Shown here: positions 7,545 through 16,000 of the stretch, piece after piece
Position numbering within the stretch: the first letter of the stretch is position 1
How the letters are laid out: every line of letters begins with the position of its first letter
From: Candidatus Saccharimonadota bacterium
GTDB lineage: Bacteria > Patescibacteriota > Saccharimonadia > Saccharimonadales > UBA4665
DNA: 32,000 nt
Assembly: GCA_016699955.1 (NCBI GenBank)
Contig: CP064993.1
Span: forward strand, 990,001-1,022,000
Reading direction: 5' to 3'
Notes under the pieces: model-generated
Told to the model about the DNA's origin: nothing
What the model saw: the letters and a program-made list of their open reading frames with translations, nothing else
Databases searched by the model: none
Program-made: the position numbers and the translations under genes

Positions 7545-9632
7545 CTACTTACTGTTTTTGGCGATGATGGCTTCGGCGACGTTGTTTGGTACGTCTGCGT
7601 AGTGAGCAAGTTCCATACTGGAACTGGCACGACCTTGGCTCATAGAGCGCAGGTTGGTTGTGTAACCAAACATCTCACCAAGCGGTACAAATGCTGTTAT
7701 TTCTTTTATGCCCGATGAAAGGTCTTCCATGGACTCAATCCGACCGCGTTTGCTGTTTAAGTCTCCAATAACATCACCCATAAACTCTTCAGGGGTGACA
7801 ACAACGACTTTCATGACTGGCTCCAGTAGCACTGGATTTGCTCTTTTAAAGCCTTCCTGGAAACCCATGCTACCAGCGATGCTAAAGGCCATTTCGCTTG
7901 AGTCAACTTCATGGTAGCTGCCATCGTAAAGCTCTACTTTTACGTCGACTACTGGGTAACCGGCGAGGACACCGTTGCCGAGTGCTTCTTCGATGCCTTT
8001 GCGGACTGCCGATATGTATTCGCTTGGTACAACACCGCCCTTAATAGAGTTGATAAACTCAAAACCAGCACCTTGTTCGTTTTGACTTAGGCGAAGCCAA
8101 ACGTCACCGTACTGACCGCGACCACCGCTTTGACGGACAAATTTGCCTTGCGCTTCGACGGCATCTTTACGAATAGTTTCTCGGTAAGCAACCTGTGGCT
8201 GGCCAATGTTCGCTTCAACGCTAAACTCGCGCTTCATACGATCAACCAAGATTTCAAGGTGAAGTTCACCCATACCAGAAATGATGGTTTGGCCGGTTTC
8301 ATCGTCGACACGGACACGGAAGGTAGGGTCTTCTTCGGCCAAGCGCTGAAGTGCGAGGCTCATTTTTTCTTGGTCGGCCTTAGTTTTTGGCTCTATGGCA
8401 ATAGACACCGGTGGCTCTGGGAAGGTAATGTTTTCGAGCTGAATGGGGTGCACTGGGTCACAAAGTGTGTTTCCTGTTGTTGTACCCTTGAGCCCCACAA
8501 TGGCGGCAATGTCACCTGCGACAACTTCTGTCACGTCTTCACGTTTGTCTGCCTGCATACGGACAATACGGCCGACGCGTTCTTTCTCACCCGTTGAGCT
8601 GTTTAGCACATACGAACCAGCCTGCAAAGTTCCCGAGTAAACACGGAAGTAGGCAAGTTTACCGACAAATGGGTCGGTTGTGATTTTGAAAGCAAGGCCG
8701 GCAAGCGGTTCGCTGGCGTCGTGTTTGCGCTCTATTTCATCACCAGTTTTGGGATGTACGCCCCAGGTGTTGCTACAATCGCTTGGCGCTGGCAGGTAAT
8801 CGTTTACCATGTCCAGCACTTTTTCGACTATAACGCCACGGCCATCACCGCCAGTGACTGCGTAGAACTTGCTACTGAGGACTGCGCTGCGAATGGCTTG
8901 TTTAACATCGGCCACAGTAAGCCCCTCTTCGCCCACCTCAAAGTATTTTTCGAGCATGGCTTCGTCTTCGGCCACAGCGTTTTCGATGAGCAGGCTGCGG
9001 TATTTCTTGACCTGTTCCATCATGTCAGCCGGTATGTCACCCTCAACGAGCTCATGGTCGTGGAACTCTGTATAGGTGTAGGCCTTCATTGAAACGAGAT
9101 CTACGACACCATTGATGCTTTGTTCAAAACCAATCGGCAAGTGAACGGGAAATGCACGCTTGCTCAAACGGTTGTGAATACTTTCGAGCGACTTGTAAAA
9201 ATCGCCACCAGTTTGGTTGATTTTGTTGATAAAACATATACGAGGCACGCCGTATTTGTCGGCTTGACGCCACACGGTTTCACTTTGGCTTTCGACACCC
9301 ATTTTGCCGTCGAATACTACACAAGCGCCATCAAGGACTCGGAGTGAGCGCTCCACCTCGGCCGTAAAGTCAATGTGGCCAGGTGTATCGATAATATTTA
9401 TCTGCTTACCCTGCCAGAAACAGGTCACGGCAGCCGAAACAATGGTAATACCACGCTCGCGCTCCTGCTCCATCCAGTCAGTAGTCGTTCCACCCTCGTG
9501 AACAGCACCGATTTTGTGCTTTAGGCCAGTTCGGTACAAAATACCTTCGGTCGTGGTTGTTTTACCCGCGTCAATATGGGCAATAATGCCAATGTTGCGG
9601 ATGTCCTTCATTTCTACTTTCTTATCTGCCAT
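7545..9632 (-). CDS. fusA: Translation elongation factor G
   Basis: The 695-aa ORF has AHIDAGKTTTTE, DTPGHIDF and NKIN motifs, plus EF-G domains through the C-terminus. Confidence 0.98.
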   Translation of the reverse strand: MADKKVEMKDIRNIGIIAHIDAGKTTTTEGILYRTGLKHKIGAVHEGGTTTDWMEQERERGITIVSAAVTCFWQGKQINIIDTPGHIDFTAEVERSLRVLDGACVVFDGKMGVESQSETVWRQADKYGVPRICFINKINQTGGDFYKSLESIHNRLSKRAFPVHLPIGFEQSINGVVDLVSMKAYTYTEFHDHELVEGDIPADMMEQVKKYRSLLIENAVAEDEAMLEKYFEVGEEGLTVADVKQAIRSAVLSSKFYAVTGGDGRGVIVEKVLDMVNDYLPAPSDCSNTWGVHPKTGDEIERKHDASEPLAGLAFKITTDPFVGKLAYFRVYSGTLQAGSYVLNSSTGEKERVGRIVRMQADKREDVTEVVAGDIAAIVGLKGTTTGNTLCDPVHPIQLENITFPEPPVSIAIEPKTKADQEKMSLALQRLAEEDPTFRVRVDDETGQTIISGMGELHLEILVDRMKREFSVEANIGQPQVAYRETIRKDAVEAQGKFVRQSGGRGQYGDVWLRLSQNEQGAGFEFINSIKGGVVPSEYISAVRKGIEEALGNGVLAGYPVVDVKVELYDGSYHEVDSSEMAFSIAGSMGFQEGFKRANPVLLEPVMKVVVVTPEEFMGDVIGDLNSKRGRIESMEDLSSGIKEITAFVPLGEMFGYTTNLRSMSQGRASSSMELAHYADVPNNVAEAIIAKNSK

Positions 9633-9673
9633 GTGATCCTCGCTCTGCTATTAATTACAGCTTTATAAGTTGG

Positions 9674-10207
9674 TTATTTTCTACGGTCAATTAATCCAAG
9701 CGCTCCTAAAACTTTGTGAAATGGGCCTATGCTTGGTGTTTCCGATACTTCCACTTTAGGGTCTCGCGCTTGAACCCAAGGTGTTTCTGCTCGCTTAATT
9801 TCATTTTGGAATATATCTACCCAAGGAGCCTTCGGAAAATCATCTACAGCATCTTTCAGCGTATTGACCCAAGTATTGCCTGTAATGACATCACCAAGTC
9901 GCTTAAGCCATGCAGCATCACGAGGGTTTGTTAAATTTCCAAGGTCGTCATATTGACGGTCGGCGCCCGAACCGTCGCATATAGTCATAGGCCAGCTATT
10001 CACAGTCTCGTTCCATGAATAGACGTCCCAGAACCTTGCTGATGTTATGAAACCTTCCCTTTTTACAATCCTGCTTTCGGCATCAGGGTCCTCGACGTCA
10101 ACAACTCCTGACGGGTATCCATCGAGTGTTTCAAATGCTATAGAGGTTTTTCCACATACTTCAGGATCTGCACAAACGAATCGAAGTGGGCATTCTGGGC
10201 GCGCCAT
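9674..10207 (-). CDS. Hypothetical protein (177 aa) inserted between rpsG and fusA
   Basis: It is the only long same-strand ORF in the gap. Its ATG lies 6 nt after the rpsG stop, with GAGG inside the rpsG 3' end. It is Trp-rich with Cys at positions 6, 12, 18 and 77. I recognise no family. Confidence 0.55.
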   Translation of the reverse strand: MARPECPLRFVCADPEVCGKTSIAFETLDGYPSGVVDVEDPDAESRIVKREGFITSARFWDVYSWNETVNSWPMTICDGSGADRQYDDLGNLTNPRDAAWLKRLGDVITGNTWVNTLKDAVDDFPKAPWVDIFQNEIKRAETPWVQARDPKVEVSETPSIGPFHKVLGALGLIDRRK

Positions 10208-10213
10208 GACGTG

Positions 10214-10693
10214 TTAGCCTCGGGCGAAGTGAGCAAATGCTCGGTTAGCTTCAGCCATGCGGTGGGTTTCTTCACGCTTTTTAACGGCGTTGCCTTGGTT
10301 GTTGTAGGCATCCATAAGTTCTAAAGCAATACGGTCAGCCATACTCATACCCTTGCGGCTGCGGCAAGCGGCTACAAACCACATAGTAGTTAGGTGGTTT
10401 TGGCGCTGGCCTTTGACTTCAAATGGAATCTGGTAATTGGCACCACCGACGCGGCGAGAACGAGTTTCGACACTTGGGCGGACATTGCCAAATGCTTGGT
10501 CAAAAACCTCTAGTGGGTTTTCGACCTTTAGCTTGTCGGCGGCTTTTTGCATACCTTCGTAGACCAAGCGCTCAGCAACTTGTTTTTTGCCGTCGCGCAT
10601 GACACGGTTTATTAGCCGCTGAACGGCTACACTGTTGTACACGCGGTCGGCCGGGATGTCCCGTACTAGTGAGGCGGTAACTTTTCTAGGCAT
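10214..10693 (-). CDS. rpsG: 30S ribosomal protein S7
   Basis: The 159-aa ORF has MPRK...GKK..AERLVY and RRVGGANYQIP, both S7 motifs. Confidence 0.97.
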   Translation of the reverse strand: MPRKVTASLVRDIPADRVYNSVAVQRLINRVMRDGKKQVAERLVYEGMQKAADKLKVENPLEVFDQAFGNVRPSVETRSRRVGGANYQIPFEVKGQRQNHLTTMWFVAACRSRKGMSMADRIALELMDAYNNQGNAVKKREETHRMAEANRAFAHFARG

Positions 10694-11001
10694 TATAAAT
10701 TCCTCCCTGCCATCTGAAGAGCATTAGCTATCTCATGAACCGTTCCTGGCCTTCCAGCCGCTCCCCTGGGTGTGAATCTACCGCCAGCATTTAATGTGGC
10801 AATCCGAGCTAATGCTTCTTGGCTAGAGTCACTGAGTATTCCGAATGTCTCCCTCAAACAGGCCCCCCCAGCAGGCAATGAAACAATCGCCGCAGCTACT
10901 AATAAATCATGGCAATCAACCTTAGGATTCGTGCGAGAATACATGTAACATTTTTCACCCACGCAATTGGGAGTCCGACCTCTCATTACCCAAGTGCTCA
11001 T
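10693..11001 (-). CDS. Hypothetical protein (102 aa) fused between rpsL and rpsG by overlapping stop/start codons
   Basis: Its ATG overlaps the rpsL TAA (TAATG) and its TAA overlaps the rpsG ATG (TAATG). AAGGAG in the last rpsL codons lies 8 nt upstream, and its own last codons carry the rpsG SD (GGGAGG). No competing ORF of 60 aa or more is present on either strand. Confidence 0.55.
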   Translation of the reverse strand: MSTWVMRGRTPNCVGEKCYMYSRTNPKVDCHDLLVAAAIVSLPAGGACLRETFGILSDSSQEALARIATLNAGGRFTPRGAAGRPGTVHEIANALQMAGRNL

Positions 11002-11414
11002 TATTTGCTCTCCTTTTTAGCACCGTACTTGCTACGGCCTTGTTTGCGGTTTTGAACGCCCTGAAGGTCGAGTGTGCCACGTACAATGTGATAGCGCACA
11101 CCTGGAAGGTCTTTGACTCGGCCGCCACGGATCATTACAACAGCATGTTCCTGAAGGTTGTGGCCTTCACCGCCAATGTATGCCCAAACTTCGTAACCGT
11201 TCCCAAGGCGCACGCGGGCTACCTTGCGAAGGGCTGAGTTTGGTTTCTTAGGTGTTTTGGTCGTGACTTTTACGCACACTCCGCGCTTAAACGGCGCAGG
11301 TTTTTCGTAGCTTTTAGTCTTTAGGTTGTTGGTAACGCGCATGAGCGCCGGTGATTTTGTTTTGCTGGTCACCTTAGTACGCGGTTTGCGTACCAATTGA
11401 TTGATTGTAGGCAA
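11001..11414 (-). CDS. rpsL: 30S ribosomal protein S12
   Basis: Starting at TTG 11414 gives (M)[11 protein letters not shown].., the canonical S12 N-terminus, and [11 protein letters not shown] is present. The ORF-track start at GTG 11447 would add 11 non-homologous residues. Confidence 0.95.
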   Translation of the reverse strand: MPTINQLVRKPRTKVTSKTKSPALMRVTNNLKTKSYEKPAPFKRGVCVKVTTKTPKKPNSALRKVARVRLGNGYEVWAYIGGEGHNLQEHAVVMIRGGRVKDLPGVRYHIVRGTLDLQGVQNRKQGRSKYGAKKESK

Positions 11415-11531
11415 AGTATGCCCCTTCCCGAGACTACAGGGTCTCACTTATATTCGCTGAAGAGAATTTTCTCCTCTACCGCCAAGATCTGCACATACCG
11501 CAGACCAGCTCGAATTTGATATGACTGAAAC

Positions 11532-11560
11532 ATTGTAACAGATATGGCAAAGTCTGACAA
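11532..11560 (-). promoter_or_regulatory. Putative str-cluster promoter TTGTCA-17 nt-TGtTACAAT (extended -10)
   Basis: The minus strand reads gggTTGTCAgactttgccatatcTGtTACAATgtttcag, about 110 nt upstream of the rpsL start. Confidence 0.5.
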
Positions 11561-11613
11561 CCCGCGTGGGCGTAATACTTATCGACAACTGTGCTACACT
11601 AAAAACTATTGAG

Positions 11614-12933
11614 ATGAAGAACAATACTCGTACACTCGCTGTCGTTGGGCTCGGCTACGTTGGGCTGCCGCTGGCAGTCGAAGCAGCTCTAAAGGGCTAC
11701 ACGGTTACCGGCATAGATATAAATAAAAGCCTTTTACGTCTTGTAGATGCACGAACCTCGCCTTATGCCAACGACACGCGTTTTGAGAAAGCACTTGCCC
11801 GGGTTGCACCGAAGCAGCTTGTCACCACAACAGATTATTCGGCGCTCCAGAGTGTAGAGACAATAATTATATGTGTCCCAACGCCAACCGAGCACAACGT
11901 GCCAGATTTAAGCCTGATTGAAATCGCTTCAAAAAGCGTGGCTGCTCAGTTACAGAAAGGCCAACTGATTGTTCTTGAGAGCACCGTAAACCCAGGCGTG
12001 ACACGAGACGTTGTGCTGCCAATTATCGAAAAGGCATCTGGCCTTGTGGTGGGCCGAGATTTTTACCTGGCTCATTGCCCCGAGCGAATCGACCCGGGCA
12101 ACCCGCAGTACTACGTCGGCAACCTAAACCGAGTTGTTGGCGGTGTTACGCCAGCCTGCACAAAAAAAGCTGTGGCATTTTACAAAAGCATCATTGACGC
12201 CAAAATTATTCCGCTTGGGTCGGCCGAAGAAGCTGAATTTGTCAAATCGTGGGAAAACACACAGCGCAATGTCATGATAGCCATGGCAAATAGTGCGGCA
12301 ATCATCTGCGATGCAGTCGGTATGGATGTTCAGCGCGTACGGGAAGGGTTGCAGTCAAAAGTTGACCAGTTTGGCCTTAAATTAGCCGTCCCAGGCATCG
12401 GTCCCGGCGGCCACTGTATACCAGAAGATATTCACTACGTTATCAAGCGCGCCCGAGAAAGTGGCATAGATACACGTTTCTTAGACGATGCGGCCGAGCT
12501 CAACGACCGCATGCCAAAGTACGCGGTACGGCGACTAAGTGGCCTCGTAAAAGCCCATGGTGAAAACCTGCGCGATCTACGCGTTGCCTTGCTAGGTTTG
12601 GCGTACAAGCCAGACATAGCAGACACGCGCAAATCCGCTGCAATTGAAGCTGGCTTTGTCTTGCAGCGCTACGCCGGATCCGTTACGGCCTATGATCCTT
12701 ACGTTGTCGATTCTTCACTCGTTCGTCCGTTTGAACTTTCAAAATCGCTCGAAAGTGCTTTGCGTAGTTCCGATGTGGTATTTATAGCCACAGCACACTC
12801 TGAGTTTGAGAAAATTCTCACTCCAGCTCTTCTAAAAAAACATCATGTTCGGTATGTGCTAGATGGACGTAATATTCTAGATAAATCGGCTATAGAAAAA
12901 GCCGGCATTGCCTACCGCGGCATTGGCCGATAG
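11614..12933 (+). CDS. Nucleotide-sugar dehydrogenase of the UDP-glucose/GDP-mannose dehydrogenase family (UDP-ManNAc/UDP-GlcNAc dehydrogenase-like)
   Basis: It has the N-terminal Rossmann motif VVGLGYVGLPLA and the catalytic-Cys motif GGHCIPED. ATG 11614 (MKNNTRTLAVVG) is preferred over the ORF-track GTG 11566. Confidence 0.85.
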   Translation: MKNNTRTLAVVGLGYVGLPLAVEAALKGYTVTGIDINKSLLRLVDARTSPYANDTRFEKALARVAPKQLVTTTDYSALQSVETIIICVPTPTEHNVPDLSLIEIASKSVAAQLQKGQLIVLESTVNPGVTRDVVLPIIEKASGLVVGRDFYLAHCPERIDPGNPQYYVGNLNRVVGGVTPACTKKAVAFYKSIIDAKIIPLGSAEEAEFVKSWENTQRNVMIAMANSAAIICDAVGMDVQRVREGLQSKVDQFGLKLAVPGIGPGGHCIPEDIHYVIKRARESGIDTRFLDDAAELNDRMPKYAVRRLSGLVKAHGENLRDLRVALLGLAYKPDIADTRKSAAIEAGFVLQRYAGSVTAYDPYVVDSSLVRPFELSKSLESALRSSDVVFIATAHSEFEKILTPALLKKHHVRYVLDGRNILDKSAIEKAGIAYRGIGR

Positions 12934-12994
12934 GTGCCAGTTTTTAAGTAGGTCGAGTTTAGCTGAAGTCATATTTTGCATCAGACAAGCTAAA

Positions 12995-13036
12995 ACACCC
13001 CGCTCTTTTTAAGCAGGGTGTCTTGTTGTTTATTTT
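12995..13036. terminator. Bidirectional intrinsic terminator between the convergent dehydrogenase gene and rpoC
   Basis: ACACCCCGCT-cttttta-AGCAGGGTGT forms a 10-bp stem with 1 mismatch. It is flanked by a T-run on the plus strand (cttgttgtttatttt) and on the minus strand (ttttag). Confidence 0.6.
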
Positions 13037-13041
13037 GACGT

Positions 13042-16000
13042 TTAGCCTTCGGCGCGGAAGGTTTGGTCGTTGTGGTATTCTTCGACCACATCATCGCCTT
13101 CGTCGAGGGCATTGCTCGCTCCGTAGCCTGTGCCAACAGGGATCTTGCGACCGAGTATGACATTTTCCTTCAGACCGAATAGCTTATCGACTCGGCCACT
13201 TGTGGCAGCCCCTATAAGTACACGAGTTGTGTCCTGGAAGCTTGCCGCACTGAGGAAGGAGTCGGTCGAGAGTGAAGCCTTGGTAATCCCAAGTAAGAGT
13301 TGGTTTACTTTTGCTGGTTGCTTACCATCGGCTACAAGAGCCTCGTTGGCTTCGGCAACCGCAAGTTTGCTTACAACATCACCCGTCACGAACTCGCTGT
13401 CACCAGCGTCTTCTACTTGAACACGGCTAAACATTTGACGCACAATTATTTCAAGGTGCTTGTCTGAGATGTTTTGACCCTGCCCGGCGAAAATACCAAG
13501 AATCTCGTTCATGATATAGCGCTGCGTCGACTCTACGCCTTGCAACCTTACAAGGTCATGCAGGTTAATAGACCCATTCGTCAAACGCTGACCAGCTACA
13601 ACAACGTCGCCGTCTTGTACGAGTAGCTGCTTAAAGCCAGGAATTTCGTAGCGAACAACACTTTTACTCGTTGGAGTAATGATGACTGACTTGTCGGTTA
13701 GCTCAGCCTTGCCAGCCATCGGTGATACAAGTGGTTCTGCACCGTCGCTTTGGCTGGCGAGAACATCTCCAATCGCAACATCGCTACCGCTCGCAATTTT
13801 TGCAGTCCGGCCTTCGAGGGCGAGTTCAAGATTCTCCCTGTCGTTGGCGGTAACTTGTACAATGTAGCGTTCGCCTTCTTCCCACGCGTTGACAACACCA
13901 TTGATGTCTGCCAAATATGCCTGACCCTTCGGTGAACGAGCTTCAAAAAGCTCTTCCACGCGTGACAGACCTTGCGCCGTATCGTCGGCAACAACTGCAC
14001 CGGAACGGTGCTTTGAGTCAAGCGAAAGCTGCGTGCCTGGTTCGCCAATACTTTGAGCAGCTATGACACCAATTGGATTATGGCTAGTAACGAGGTTGCC
14101 GGTTGCCGGATCTACGCCGTAACTTTTCTGCGGTACGCCATGGACTGATGTCGCACTGAGTGCACTACGTATTTTTATGCCGTCAAGTTTTTCATCGGCA
14201 TCGATGGCTTCGGCGGTAGCTTTTGTAAACAGTTCACCTGATTTTATGTGTCCTTTTACGTCTTCGGCTGCAAACCGACCTTCAAGTCGCGATGCATAGG
14301 AAACGCCAATAGCTGCTGCGTCCGCACGAAGCATTGAAAACCCAGGGTCTGCGGCATCATCGCCGTCGTCGTCAATGGTAAAGACGTCTTGAGAAACGTC
14401 AACCAAGCGACGCGTGAGATAGCCAGCATCGGCTGTCTTCAAGGCAATGTCAATCACGGCCTTACGAGTACCGCGAGTACCAGTAAAGTACTCGAGTGGT
14501 GTCAGACCTTGCATGTAGCCAGCCTTAACCGGCAGCTCAATAACATGGCCAGCGGCATCTTGGAAAACACCGAGCATACCGACAGACATTTTCATCTGCG
14601 AAATATTACCGCGGGCACCAGAGGTAATGGCAATTGCCATTGGACCGTCCTGGTCTCGCATTTGTTCAGCCAGCATGTTTTGGACGCGAGTATCTATTTT
14701 GGTCCAGTTTTCAACAGTCAAACGGTGGCGTTCATCATCAGTAATGAAGCCCTGTTCAAACTGTTCAGATATACCAGCACTTCGGGTTTCGCCTTCGCTC
14801 AAAGTTTCTTGGAGTCCTTCGATTGGTTCAAAGTCGCCCATGCCCATGCTAAGCCCAGAAAGCGTCGCATAACGGAATCCGAGGTCTTTCAAGTTGTCAG
14901 CAATTTCAGCCGTTTTTTCTTGACCGTACTGCGCGTAAACCGCAGCCATGACTTTTTGCAAACGCTTTTTCGTCATTGCTTCGTCTTGGTAAGCGAAGTC
15001 ATCTGGGAAAATTTCGTTGAAATACATGCGGCCAAGTGTTGTTTCGCGAAGTTCTCCGCGGAAAGGTGCCAGCACTCGACTTTGCAAAGTGACAACTCCT
15101 GCGTCAAATGCCATTGATGCCTCGTTAAGACTTGAGAATACTCTTGGCTTCTGCTGTTCCCCAGGACGCTCATAGGTCAAGTAGTAACAGCCGAGCACAA
15201 TATCCTGCTCAATGTGCAAAATAGGCGAGCCGTCGGCTGGTTTAAGCAAGTTTCGATTGGCCGACATAATATCTCGCGCTTCGTGCTGAGCGGCATCTGA
15301 CAACGGCAGATGAACTGCCATTTGGTCACCGTCAAAGTCAGCGTTAAAGCCCTTACAAACCAGCGGGTGGAGCTGAATAGCCCGACCTTCAATTAAAACT
15401 GGCTGAAAAGCTTGAATACTCAAGCGGTGCAGCGATGGAGCACGGTTCAAAAGAACGTATTTTCCAGTGATGACTTCGTCAAGCGCGTCCCAGACTTCGG
15501 TTTCACCCGTTTCGATCATGCGAGTCGCACTTCGTATGTTGTGAGCCTGTTCTCGGAAGATAAGCTCGCCGATCACAAATGGTTTAAACAGTTCAAGGGC
15601 CATCATTTTCGGTAAGCCACACTGGTTAATTTTAAGCTCTGGTCCAGCAACAATCACCGACCGGCCAGAGTAATCAACTCGCTTTCCGAGGAGGTTCTGG
15701 CGGAAACGACCCTGCTTTCCTTTCAGCATGTCACTGAGGCTTTTCAGGCGACGGCGCTGGCCGGTAGCAGCGACAGCACGGCCACTGCGAGCGTTGTTGT
15801 TGTCGATGAGTGCGTCAACCGCCTCCTGTAGCATGCGTTGCTCATTGCGACGGATGACTTCAGGGGCATTGAGCTCCATGAGCTTTTTCAGCCTGTTATT
15901 GCGGTTTATGACGCGGCGATAGAGGTCGTTTAAGTCGCTGGTTGCGAATCGACCACCTGTCAGCTGCACCATCGGGCGCAAGTCTGGAGGAATAACCGGT

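Noticed and set aside
10693-11001. Resemblance of ..IATLNAGGRFTPRGAAGRPGTVHEIANAL.. to the serine-recombinase accessory-domain pattern (IA..LN..GI.T.RG..W....V..IL)
   Set aside because: It is only a short pattern match, the conserved Trp is missing, and no catalytic domain is present. That is insufficient to call a mobile-element remnant without a profile search.
11415-11447. 11-codon N-terminal extension of the rpsL ORF from GTG 11447
   Set aside because: The S12 N-terminus (PTINQL) begins right after TTG 11414, and the extension has no homology.
14389-15117. 242-aa plus-strand ORF, plus other plus-strand ORFs between 13130 and 16791
   Set aside because: All are antisense shadow ORFs inside rpoC.
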